NCBI GenBank assembly: GCA_946965045.2
Contig: OX337232.1
Span: 434,001-498,000 of the forward strand
DNA length: 64,000 nt
Direction: 5' to 3'
Origin: Epithemia pelagica
Lineage: Eukaryota > Protista > Bacillariophyta
The position numbers and the translations under genes were made by a program. Positions within the stretch are counted from its first letter, which is position 1, and the number at the start of each line of letters is the position of its first letter. The notes below the pieces were generated by a model that saw only the letters and a program-made list of their open reading frames with translations, searched no databases and had not been told where the DNA came from. This document shows positions 1-12,100 of this stretch, piece after piece.

Positions 1-1141
1 AAATACGCCTTGGCGGTTGACGTTGTGGTGGACTCCGTATCCTTGTCGCTATTGTTGTCGTCCGTCGTATCCATGGGAGTAGGACTCTTGTCCTCCTTTT
101 CTTGTTGTTTGTTTTGTTCAATCAATGCTGCCAGTGCCGTCGATGGAACGACAGCCGTTCCGGCACTCCCATGAAAATCGGTCAAATAGCCTCGTCGACG
201 ATAGGCATCGGGCGTATATTCTGTGAGTATTATGTTCCAGTCCGTGCCATTGCCATACCACCAACAGCAACATTGACAACAAGAACAACAAAAGGAGGGC
301 AGGTTGAGAGCATACAATCCACGCAAAATGCAATCCAAAACACACACACACACATCAGAGCGACAATTGTGTAAGTGTCCGACACACACATGCACAATAC
401 AGGTTTGGTCTTCTCGAAGTCTCGCTCGGAAACAACACCGACCACCACCAAGATTTCTCTCGTGGAGAGAATTACACACACACAAACAAGACAACCAAGA
501 CTCTATTACGTACCCGACAAATGTGGATCATCACTGGGAACCAGGTAGACATCCATGTGGTGCGTTTGCAGTTGCGCTCGCAAGGCGGCCAATTTCTCCG
601 CCGCCGAGGAGGACGACATGATGCTGGGAGGGAATATGGTCGTTGTTGTTGTTGTTGTAGGATTCGTGGTGGTAGATGCTAGACGCGTTGTTGTAAGGCT
701 TGGAAGACAATTGGCTCCGGCACTACTACCTCCTCCTCGAAGCCGAGCAATGCGAGAATGCTGGAGTCGAACCAACGCGGTACGACTCCAAGAAGAGACA
801 GAAAGAGGACTGGAAGCCCAACACTGCACGGGACGAATGGCACACGAGGTCCAACACCAATACCACAAGGATACCGCGGATACCAGACTGGACCGTTTGA
901 TGCTGCCTCGACCACTCCGACGACGATGCACCACTGTGGAAGAAGACGAAGAATACGGTCGTTCTCGAGAAGAAGACGGACTCCTGGTGCTGTTGCTGCA
1001 AGTCTTGTTGTTCTTGTTGCGAACAATTGCGAAGGGAAACAGCCACTGCTGTGGAGTGGACACACCCAGAATCGAGAGTGGACAACGACAACGAGAAAGG
1101 TAGGAACACAACAAGGACGATCGTGCCGTCACCACCACCAT
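1..1141 (-). CDS. Xaa-Pro aminopeptidase (aminopeptidase P family), 5' part; continues beyond the left edge. Exon 514-(619 or 1141), intron 221-513, exon 1-220
   Basis: Splicing GTACGT(513)...CACAG(221) joins KLAALRAQLQTHHMDVYLVPSDDPHLS to EYTPDAYRRRGYLTDFHGSAGTAVV...AKAY, the N-terminal creatinase-like motif of APP enzymes. Start codon uncertain: ATG at 619, or in-frame ATG at 1141 giving a presequence-like extension. Confidence 0.85.
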
Positions 1142-1607
1142 GGCCCTTTCGAATTCGATATCACCACCACACAAAGCCTTGTTGTTGTTGCTTGTTGTAC
1201 ACTCTTTCAAACTTGAGCGCAGTCCACACACTCTTCAACCCTTTCTTGTTGTCGCAGTGAGAGACAAGACCGAGTTTTGTATTTCGGCGTTGCTAGTTGC
1301 TACGAAAAAAAGGTTCTGTGTTTGATATCGCCTACTCTGTTTTCTGTTTTGCCATCGGATTCTGATGTGTCATTATCATGGCCACGCACCTGTTTTGCAA
1401 TCTCTAGCCTTCTATATATGGCTGAAGTGTGATAGTTGTTCTGTTGTGAGTTATCAGCAACCGCTCCGTTTTTGTAAGAATGGACCTGAACGGGAACCAT
1501 TTACCCCAGCTATCATCAGTCTCTGTAGATCGAAAGAATGTCAGAGAGTAGGTACGGAGTAGGTAGTCTAGGAGTAGGAGGTTTTGGTGATCCTTCAAAT
1601 AGCAGGA

Positions 1608-1677
1608 CAACCAACCAACCAACCATCCAACCAACACACCAAACCCACCAACCAACCAACACACCAACCAGCAAACA
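1608..1677 (+). repeat. Degenerate (CCAA)n microsatellite; copies near 7383-7452 and 20489-20558
   Basis: CAACCAACCAACCAACCATCCAACC... run. Confidence 0.85.
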
Positions 1678-2653
1678 CGCCTCCTTGAATTCAACAGAAC
1701 TTGTTGACCGTTTCGATGTCATGGGACGGCGCAAGGTCTTTTGGAATGTTTGATTCACAATGCCCTTAACTTTTCCCTTGCCCAACCACTGTGGCTTCTC
1801 GCATTGATTTTTCCATAGTTGTGGCTGCATGGGCCATTACAGTTTCCAATTCTGCTTCATCATGTTGCCAAGCACAGCTCCTTTGTCGTGCGCTCAACAA
1901 GTATTGTTAATCGTTGCAAAGGACCAAAGGAGTCCCCACAATTTGGTGGACGACGACAACGGCGATCTCGATTCCGACGACATGAACAAGAAGAGCAACA
2001 TGGAAGCAAGACAATTCCATGGCAACGACCCACGAGATGTAAATATCCCTCTTGACGACACGGTGCTGTTGTCGTCACGAGATGCTTTTCTTTGTCATCG
2101 TCCACCATCATCCAGCAGTCATAGTAGTTGCTGCAAGAACGGAGGATCTTCATGGTGAAGTACCTGCCTTACGAAAGACGTGCAAATCGCATGGGAACAG
2201 ACACAAAACTTACGATGACCTACAATGACCGACACATTTGCTTCCGAATCGCAGATGCTCACGGTGAGCAAATCGCACTTGGTGAAGCTTGGTGAGCGCT
2301 CGAATTTGCCCCAGCACACGGTAAGAAGTTTTTTAGCTTCCGAATCGCGTTTTGGTGAGCATGAGCATCGCTTTTGTTTTGTGAGACCAAAGGAGGTGAG
2401 CCTAGGAGTAGAAAGTATTCAGGAACATAGAAGCATGGTAGAAGTTCCAGAGAAACTTGCCCAAGAAGGATGCGATATCTTATCCCAGCGAGAATCTGCG
2501 ACTGAAAATGAAAGGGAAGGAGGAAGGGAAAGCCCACGCACTTTTGCTCTCTTCTTCGGCATCACGGCTTCCTTGGGACTACGGACTACACAGAGACCGC
2601 CTCGAACCAATAACATTGCTATTGTTGTGTTAGAAGTAGACAATATCGTGACC

Positions 2654-2673
2654 TATTCCCGTGCACGGGAATA
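2654..2673. promoter_or_regulatory. Perfect 20-bp palindrome TATTCCCGTGCACGGGAATA; also at 8429-8448, 30956-30975 and 34215-34234
   Basis: Identical in all four copies, including the diverged 33.8-34.3 kb paralogous region. Regulatory role is inferred only. Confidence 0.4.
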
Positions 2674-2747
2674 CATGGGAGTCTATCTAACCTGGGAGTC
2701 GGTCAGCCGGACTTGCACTCCCACGGGGACAGAACAGTGTCTACCTA

Positions 2748-2989
2748 GTCTACCGCTGTCCTCATGGTGAGGACAAGTATACCCCAGTACATTTTCCTAC
2801 GCAACGGAAAATCACTCAATTTTCAAAGTGGTTTTCAAGGCTTGGGGTAAAAATTCTCTACAGGAAATCGAATATGAGGAATTTTTTGATATGTTCAGTG
2901 GTCGAATCGGCCAAACTTTTTAAAGAAAAATTTATGTTCCAGATTTGAATTTCTGGTAGGCTTTCTACGTAGGGTACCCGGAGGTAGAC
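2748..2989. mobile_element. ~242-bp MITE-like insertion (GTCTACC...GGTAGAC, flanked by TA/CTAG); second copy at 31054-31296
   Basis: Short inverted ends; present in units 1 and 3, absent in unit 2 (~8510) and in the older paralogue at ~34290. Confidence 0.65.
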
Positions 2990-3046
2990 TAGACACTAGA
3001 CACTTCACACGTTGAAATTAGCGATTTTCATGTGAACCTATTAGAC

Positions 3047-3458
3047 CATGGTGGCCGATTAGATTTTGGGCGCGTATCCTGCGTGATCCACCGTGGGACA
3101 CCCCCCCTTATCCTAGGATAAGGCTTAATAATCCGATGAAGGATAACGTTTCATTATTTTTTCCGTTCATGTAAGTGAATGCTGCCATGACAGTGGGAAA
3201 ATGCATCCTTTATCTCTTATTGTTGTTGTTGTTTTGGTGTCAGAGCCTCATTGAATGAGACCTTGCATTTTACCGTCATTCTTGTCATTGATGTTATTTT
3301 AGATCCTCTAGGGTTAAGGTTTTCACCTTTTTGGGATCCATTAGGGTTACGGGATAGCACTCTAAAATAGTTTTAGAGTTTGAAATCGAAGGTATAATAT
3401 AATTAGATACTTTAGAATGGCTCTTGAATGTCAAGTATAATTAGAGGTGGCCACCCTG
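3047..3458. mobile_element. hAT-like MITE, unit 1 copy (left part deleted, holds the Crypton remnant)
   Basis: Ends CATGGTGGCC / GGCCACCCTG; homologous to 31354-31780. Confidence 0.55.
3063..3158 (+). mobile_element. Right-end remnant (96 bp) of the Crypton element
   Basis: Matches 16231-16326, including the 18-bp palindrome CCTTATCCTAGGATAAGG and the TCATTATT terminal repeat. Confidence 0.9.
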
Positions 3459-3886
3459 ATTCCTGATTAGACCGGTTCCTGTCACGATTTTTATGGACGG
3501 GTTTGATTGGTTCATTTTATACTCCTATCATTTTGTTGCGGGGTTCGTAATTTTTACTATAGTCTGAGTTGTACAATTTTGATTCCTTGTCCGACGTGCT
3601 GTGGGTGGGTTTAAGTTGGGAGTGATTGGGAGTGAATCTTTCCTTCTCTTGTTCCCGCTTATACCACCTTCAACCTTTTACTTTGCGCGCTTCTTGGTCG
3701 CGCAAAAATACGAGAACACACTGACGTGGCGATTCCCACCGACAACCGACAATCCTCTGAGTCTGAGCCTCTCTTCTCTCTGATGTCGCCATTTCTTGAG
3801 ATTAACGTTTGTTGCCAAGAGGAGCCGTGCAAATTCCGAAAGAGTTTCTCATACATTGAATTGTTTGTGTTCCCCCTTTTAGAAAG

Positions 3887-4468
3887 ATGACAAGCACTCT
3901 GTTTTTTTCCCTGTTGGGAAGCTGGCTGTTGGCCGTCCTTCTATGTGCAAAGGCGACGGTGGCATTCCTGCCGACCCGTCCTTTCATGAGCCCGAATTTT
4001 CACACGACCTTGTGTCGTGCAAGCTCGAAAAACCCGACCGACATGACCAATAGAGAACTGCAAGTCGCTAATGTCGAGGCAGCAAAAGAGTCAAACAACA
4101 TTGCTGAAAAGTCTCTGGACAAAGCAGACGCAGCAAACGCCATTGCTGTCGTCGTGCCATTAGTGATTGCTTTTGTTGCTTCCGACAAGATGGACAAAAT
4201 GCAAGCGTCTAACGAAAGCTTGCAGGTCAGAAACGAAAGCTTACAGGAAAGCTTACAGGTCAGAAACGAAATCTTTCAGTTGGAGCTCAAGAAGCTCGAC
4301 ACAGACAACCAAAAGAAGAAGGCTGAAATTCAAGATTTAATTGATGCCAAGAAAGGCGCGACTGCGAGGAGTTTATCCCGCCCAAGTGAATTGAATGATG
4401 GGGCTGTCGCTTGGCTCAAGAAACAGACGGTGGCCGAACAGGGAAGCTCTTTGCCTTGGCTGACGTAA
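3887..4468 (+). CDS. Putative plastid-targeted single-pass coiled-coil protein, paralogue 1 (193 aa, one 11-aa repeat)
   Basis: Signal peptide ending ATVA-FLP, basic/hydroxylated transit-like segment, hydrophobic helix ANAIAVVVPLVIAFVA, VRNESLQESLQ repeat. Confidence 0.7.
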   Translation: MTSTLFFSLLGSWLLAVLLCAKATVAFLPTRPFMSPNFHTTLCRASSKNPTDMTNRELQVANVEAAKESNNIAEKSLDKADAANAIAVVVPLVIAFVASDKMDKMQASNESLQVRNESLQESLQVRNEIFQLELKKLDTDNQKKKAEIQDLIDAKKGATARSLSRPSELNDGAVAWLKKQTVAEQGSSLPWLT

Positions 4469-4799
4469 AAGTCCTACGTCGAGACCATGGCAAAACAAAT
4501 GGGTTTTTGGGACGATCCGACGGGAAATTATGGGAATAGACGCTTTGGCCTCCAACTGAATAAAATAGAAGAGATATAACGATTAGGGCAAAGAACTGAA
4601 GCACAGCACTTTGTTGGGTGGTATTACATTGCCTCATGAACATGGGTTTCCAGAATGTCGACACTTTGGTGCGCCCAACCAAACAGCAATGTAGAACAGG
4701 CTTCATTTGTGTGCAGCGTGGAGATACTCAAAAGGTCATTGCACAACATTCAAATTTATAACTGCAGTGAAAAGTAGTAGAGGTACCTTAACTCTATGG

Positions 4800-6400
4800 T
4801 AGTTACAAACTTGTCCTCAACCACAGCGGTGGTGTCGACGAGATGACCTCCTCGTGTCGCGTCTATTGGAATCGTCAAGCGGTCGTCGTCGTACAACCAC
4901 AAGAAGAAGCGAATGGCAATCTCTTCCCAGTATCGTGTGAATGGGACCTGACATCCACCTTGTTGCGGCAACAACAAGCACAACCAGCGGGGCAACAGCA
5001 CCATCATGAATTGATCACTGTGAGCAGGGTTGGCTGGTTCTAATTGTGGGATCGCTTGCTGATCGAACTGATTTGTCAACATCCACAGGCTGACCTGGTC
5101 CACTATTCCGATTCCAGGCCGAGGCCTATGGAAACTTGCAGGTACAAGTGCATTATCAAGAACTATCACCACCAGTCAAAACGGAACCAACCACGGACGA
5201 CGACCATCACGATACGGGCATGAATACGCCTGCGCACGCCCACGGAATACTATACAACGAGGACGCTTTTTCAAAGTGGCCTTGTACCAAGATTCCTACC
5301 ACGAACCAGCAAATTACAACGACGACCACAAGAACAACAAGAACAAGCGTGAAAACACGAATGCTTCTAGTACCACCACAAGTCAAACTGGGTGTCCTCC
5401 TCCTCCTTGTCCAATAAATGGCGGGCAGGATCCTGCCTGTGGCAGAAAACCATTTATTTGCCCCTGCATGTCCATTCGGCGAGTGCATCGACGCAACTCA
5501 ACGCGACGCGACCAGTACGACTCAACCTTGGACAGCCGAAACACAGCACTTGTATACCTTGGTCTTTTCTTTGCATCCTGCCATTCGAATCCGGCCATCA
5601 TCACCATTTGACACAAACAACAATGACGACAACGACGACTCGGGAATAGGAGGCTGGCCCCTGGACCCACCGTGCAAGCCGAATCCTGTCGTGTGGGATT
5701 TTGAACCATTTCCATCAACCACAAGGGTCAACTGTGCCTAAATCACCAACCCATTACCATTTGCGGTGTCCATTGGAACGACACGAAGAATACGGACAGT
5801 GTCGTTTCCATTCCATCCATGATTCGAGACCTCCGTTTGTGAAAACAATACAATTTCAATGCCGTCCGGATCACCCGTCAGGAGCCTTGTATGGTATCTG
5901 TGATGCCTATGGACTCCATGTCTGGAACGAAGTCAATCTCATTGGAGACACCAGATGTAATACCCGCCACAGGAATGGCAGGAATCCGATGTTTTCTCAG
6001 TGGTGGTGGCAAGTAGGTCGTCAATATCCTTTGGCCGGCGATCCAGCTACCACCTTGGAGTCTCGCATCTCGCTACTGGTCCAACGGAACCGTAATCATC
6101 CCTCTCTCATTGTCTGGTCGTTGGGGAACAACAATTCCAATGTCATCCATGACCTACCTTTTGGGTGGAACTATGTTTCCAAACCAAGCGTTATGAGCAA
6201 CCGTGACTCTATTTTCCATCAAGGCTGCCGTCTGATTGAACACAATTGGACACTTCTCGACCCATTTGTTCCAATGGTGATGGCATCACAACCACACCCA
6301 TTCGACGTGACATGAAGGAATGGACCGAACCTTCCGACTGCTCCGCTTGTGACCCGAGAAACGAATACTACGGAGACAGATCCTAGCACTGCCGTCGTCT
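4800..6400 (+). pseudogene. GH2 beta-galactosidase fragment, diverged copy of ~58570-60290
   Basis: SSCRVYWNRQ, CEWDLT, YQDSYHEP, ICDAYGLHVWNE and NHPSLIVWSLGN motifs lie in broken frames. Confidence 0.85.
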
Positions 6401-9113
6401 GACGACATGATGCTGGGAGGGGATATGGTCGTTGTTGTTGTTGTTGTAGGATTCGTGGTGGTATGTTGTAAGGCTTGGAAGACAATTGGCTCCGGCACTA
6501 CTACCTCCTCCTCGAAGCCGAGCAATGCGAGAATGCTGGAGTCGAACCAACGCGGTACGACTCCAAGAAGAGACAGAAAGAGGACTGGAAGCCCAACACT
6601 GCACGGGACGAATGGCACACGAGGTCCAACACCAATACCACAAGGATACCGCGGATACCAGACTGGACCGTTTGATGCTGCCTCGACCACTCCGACGACG
6701 ATGCACCACTGTGGAAGAAGACGAAGAATACGGTCGTTCTCGAGAAGAAGACGGACTCCTGGTGCTGTTGCTGCAAGTCTTGTTGTTCTTGTTGCGAACA
6801 ATTGCGAAGGGAAACAGCCACTGCTGTGGAGTGGACACACCCAGAATCGAGAGTGGACAACGACAACGAGAAAGGTAGGAACACAACAAGGACGATCGTG
6901 CCGTCACCACCACCATGGCCCTTTCGAATTCGATATCACCACCACACAAAGCCTTGTTGTTGTTGCTTGTTGCACACTCTTTCAAACTTGAGCGCAGTCC
7001 ACACACTCTTCAACCCTTTCTTGTTGTCGCAGTGAGAGACAAGACCGAGTTTTGTATTTCGGCGTTGCTAGTTGCTACGAAAAAAAGGTTCTGTGTTTGA
7101 TATCGCCTACTCTGTTTTCTGTTTTGCCATCGGATTCTGATGTGTCATTATCATGGCCACGCACCTGTTTTGCAATCTCTAGCCTTCTATATATGGCTGA
7201 AGTGTGATAGTTGTTCTGTTGTGAGTTATCAGCAACCGCTCCGTTTTTGTAAGAATGGACCTGAACGGGAACCATTTACCCCAGCTATCATCAGTCTCGG
7301 TAGATCGAAAGAATGTCAGAGAGTAGGTACGGAGTAGGTAGTCTAGGAGAAGGAGGTTTTGGTGATCCTTCAAATAGCAGGACAACCAACCAACCAACCA
7401 TCCAACCAACACACCAAACCCACCAACCAACCAACACACCAACCAGCAAACACACCTCCTTGAATTCAACAGAACTTGTTGACCGTTTCGATGTCATGGG
7501 ACGGCGCAAGGTCTTTTGGAATGTTTGATTCACAATGCCCTTAACTTTTCCCTTGCCCAACCACTGTGGCTTCTCGCATTGATTTTTCCATAGTTGTGGC
7601 TGCATGGGCCATTACAGTTTCCAATTCTGCTTCATCATGTTGCCAAGCACAGCTCCTTTGTCGTGCGCTCAACAAGTATTGTTAATCGTTGCAAAGGACC
7701 AAAGGAGTCCCCACAATTTGGTGGACGACGACAACGGCGATCTCGATTCCGACGACATGAACAAGAAGAGCAACATGGAAGCAAGACAATTCCATGGCAA
7801 CGACCCACGAGATGTAAATATCCCTCTTGACGACACGGTGCTGTTGTCGTCACGAGATGCTTTTCTTTGTCATCGTCCACCATCATCCAGCAGTCATAGT
7901 AGTTGCTGCAAGAACGGAGGATCTTCATGGTGAAGTACCTGCCTTACGAAAGACGTGCAAATCGCATGGGAACAGACACAAAACTTACGATGACCTACAA
8001 TGACCGACACATTTGCTTCCGAATCGCAGATGCTCACGGTGAGCAAATCGCACTTGGTGAAGCTTGGTGAGCGCTCGAATTTGCCCCAGCACACGGTAAG
8101 AAGTTTTTTAGCTTCCGAATCGCGTTTTGGTGAGCATGAGCATCGCTTTTGTTTTGTGAGACCAAAGGAGGTGAGCCTAGGAGTAGAAAGTATTCAGGAA
8201 CATAGAAGCATGGTAGAAGTTCCAGAGAAACTTGCCCAAGAAGGATGCGATATCTTATCCCAGCGAGAATCTGCGACTGAAAATGAAAGGGAAGGAGGAA
8301 GGGAAAGCCCACGCACTTTTGCTCTCTTCTTCGGCATCACGGCTTCCTTGGGACTACGGACTACACAGAGACCGCCTCGAACCAATAACATTGCTATTGT
8401 TGTGTTAGAAGTAGACAATATCGTGACCTATTCCCGTGCACGGGAATACATGGGAGTCTATCTAACCTGGGAGTCGGTCAGCCGGACTTGCACTCCCACG
8501 GGGACAGAACTACCTAGACACTTCACACGTTGAAATTAGCGATTTTCATGTGAACCTATTAGACTAGGGTGGCCGATTAGAGGGTCTAAGGGATTTTGCT
8601 TAGAAGTATAAGTATAATTATACTCTATTAGAGTATAATTATACCTATTAGCAAGTCTAAAGCCATGGTGTAAAACCTTGTCTCATTATTCGTACCCAGG
8701 ATAAAAATCTTGCCAAAGTTATCCCACATCTAGTCGCACATAATGCATTTTTATCCCAGGATCCCTTATCTCGTTACAAGATAAGCGACATTATGGCAAA
8801 ATAAGTAGTCTTATTTGTCACAGGATAAGATTTTCCCACTAATCCAATGCACTGTAACCACTTAGGGACCGACATACGCGCAACTTATACCACCTGCCGT
8901 CCTATTACACGCACACCCATCCTCACCAAGCTTGCTGACCCCGCGTTGGAAAAGGACAACATCTCAACACAAAATGCACCCATCCAATGACCAACAAAGT
9001 CATGACATACACGTACACCTTGACATTGAAAGATTGACATAGACGTAAATAGATTTCTTCTTTCTTGTATTATAAATGGATGGATTCAAATAGTTTTTTC
9101 TCCATCCACTACC

Positions 9114-12100
9114 ATGGCGCGTTCTCGTTCTCGTGCTTCTTCCCGTGCGTCCTCCACCACGGCCGGTTCCCAGAGCCACACAGACAATGGGGTAACTACA
9201 GAAACAACGAACACAAGCGCACCAACACCTATGGATGATCTGATCAATGCGATAAACAACGACCGTGTGACCACTAATAACCAACCCCCACCAACAAACA
9301 GCCGACCCAGACAAACAAACAGCCAACGAAATCGTCGTCGCGGTAACAACAACCGACAAAACCAACAAAGCATCCTTGATTCTCTTTCGATGCAAGATAT
9401 CGCTCTAAATGGTGGAGAACCTACGACAACTAACAATGAAACAGACGACCGCAATCTTCTGCCCGCTCCGATTGACAACATCGCGGAGTTACGGGCCTTG
9501 ACCAACCAATGTGCTGATTCCCTTATGCGAAAGAATACACGTGATGCATATAAATATCGCATTTTGGAATTTCGCTCCTTTTGCAAATTGGTTTATCCAC
9601 ACGAACCTGTGGAGAATCAATGTGCTGTTGACGGAAATAAACTATACCGGTTCCTTTTTTTCCAAGTTTTCCGCGACCAATCTCGTACAAAATCTCTGAA
9701 ACCCGGTGAATTCGACGTCAATTTGTACCATGAGCTTGATACAAAATACACCGCACTCCTCCGCCCTGTCAACGGAAAGAAGCTTACGGGTAAGGAAATT
9801 TTAGAGGCAATGGAACCTGACAACCCGCTGGGATATTCATCATTGATCACATACCGCGCAGCAGTACGAAAACTGTACGACTACCAACGTCAACGCTCTG
9901 ACGGTAGTATTGCCCCAGATCGCTGGGACTCTGATATTATGAATGCATCGATTAAGAAATTAATAAGTCTTGTACAGGTAAGTTCCAAACCGTGACCCAT
10001 GATCAGCTTATCCTATACTCACCTACATATATAAATATTTTCACCTCACATCACAGGGTCGCACCCCCCGCGTTGCAAAAAGAAAATACGTAGAAAAAGT
10101 GACTGAGTCTTCACCGTTCTCACACTCAGAATTAGTGGGGAAGATCGAAGAATCATTTTGGCTCCGCGGATGCCACAAGTCAGACAACCGTACGACATTT
10201 ACTTCTCTCCGCAACCGATTCTCTTTTTTAATGAACTACGCCTCAATTCTCCGATCAGAAAGTCTACATATTGCGGAATTATCCGACCTGCGAGTATTCC
10301 CCATTAAATGTCGTCAAGATCATGACGAAATGGAGATTGTCTTAATGCAAATGTTCACTGGGAAGACAGTGAAAATGGACTCCCCATCACAGTTTGCCCG
10401 AGCTACACGACACAGCGATGTGTTTTGTTGCCCCATTGGTGCCCTCTCGATGTATCTTGTGTTCCGATTTCAGTCAAACAATGAATTTCAACCAGGTGTC
10501 CGGTTCCCTAATTTTCTGAACAACAACGAATGGTTTGATGTCAAGGTATTAGTTGAGCTTGGTTCAGATCCAGAAGAAGGGATAGACCAGCAGTCCTTTC
10601 GCCGTGATCTTGGTAAAGTATTCAAAAAACTTGGGATCATTTCGAACCATGTAACTCACTGGTGCCGTCACACAGCTCCGACCCACTGTGAATTTAAGGA
10701 GCTTTCTCCAGAATTTGTCAAGCAACTGGGCAAGTATATATATATTTGATTGTTGCCTGTTTGATTCTTGTTCCTAACGTCATTGTTCTCTTCTTCAGGC
10801 AACTGGGATCGCGATACACAGGAATCAAGGTACTCAGCCAAAGTTCCCATATCAGCCATTCGATGCATGGCTGGATACGAAGTAGGAGAGGGCTACTGGC
10901 TTCCCCGCGGTAATGTAAAACTTCCTTCGGATCTTGAAGAAATGCTATGGCCATGGTTGGACGAGGCAGAAACCTATATACTTGGGTTCGCAAAGAGACC
11001 CACCGACAAGCCGACAGCTTTAGAATTCATTCGTTTTCTCAAGTTCATGAGAAAGGTTTTCTTCCAAGATATTGCTGCAATGTTATACTCCATCGAAACA
11101 GCATCAACACCCAATGCATCAGCGCGTTTGACTCACAACTTGCTTGCTAATTTCTCTATTTTATCTTCACCGAAGTTCACTTTATTCAAGCAATCAATGG
11201 CTGAAGCAATCACCAAAGCGTCCAAAATTGAGAACGACCCCAGTACGAAAGTTCTCGACCGCTGCCTCCCCGGAATCAACAAGCGCTTCGAGCTGATCAA
11301 CAATGACATTAAGCGACTATGTGTCGCTGCTGAAGAAACAACGACATCAATTGAAGACACGCATATGAAAACGTCGGAAAACCTAACAGCAATAGAGTAT
11401 CGACTGAACGAAATGGCCAAAAAACGTCAGTTGGCTATTGTGACTGCATTGTCGGATTTTTTTCGTCGGGGGATAACACAACAAGCTTCGGAACTCGGCA
11501 ACTATGCGAACAATGCCGTCACCACTCCACAAGCGAATGGCATAGTACCATTACCAGAACCAATGCAAACCACAGTTGACAAGTTTTTGGAAACTCCACC
11601 AAACGAAACAACAGCCGATGGTTGTCCAGTCACCAGAACACCGATTCTTTCTCCACAAGAACCAACAACAACGATGACTACTACAACTCCTGCAGATGCC
11701 CCCACAACGAATATCACCGATGTAGAATCTCCCGAAGGGGACAGTGATTCTGACAAAGACAATGAATTCGATCTCGTTTCAAACAAGATGCTTTCTTTCC
11801 GTGTTGCTGGGAACACGTCCACTCTGTCACTGGAAGATGTATATTGCGAATTCTTTGGACTAGAGGAGTGGACCGGAAAGCCAATGGACGAAGGTTTCTA
11901 CGGACTGGAGAAAAAATATAAGTCGAAATGGAGAGCCTCCTATTCAGCATCGGAGAAGAATTTTTTCTCCCGTACACAAGCCTTGCTTAAAGGTTTGTGT
12001 GACAAGTGTGGCTCTTCCTATGGAGATTGGAACGAATCTGTACGAGACCAATGCCAAGCATGGGACGCTATCTTAAAGAAAAAAGGTGTCTCTGGTGCCT

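Larger units (their letters stand above)
611..6400 (+). repeat. Tandem chimeric unit, copy 1 (~5.8 kb)
   Basis: 611-2740 recurs near-identically at 6401-8510 and at 19493-20996 plus 28029-31040 (interrupted by insertions); 3159-6400 recurs at 16327-19492 and 31480-33444. Confidence 0.95.

Noticed and set aside
2654-2750. Helitron 3' terminus explaining the captured fragments (palindrome followed by CTAA/CTAG)
   Set aside because: Homology between paralogues continues past the CTRR, there is no A|T insertion site or 5' TC end, and no Rep/helicase.
555-2770. Many 60-190 aa ORFs on both strands in the duplicated blocks
   Set aside because: Shadow frames of low-complexity or relic DNA; they recur only because the DNA is duplicated and show no motifs.
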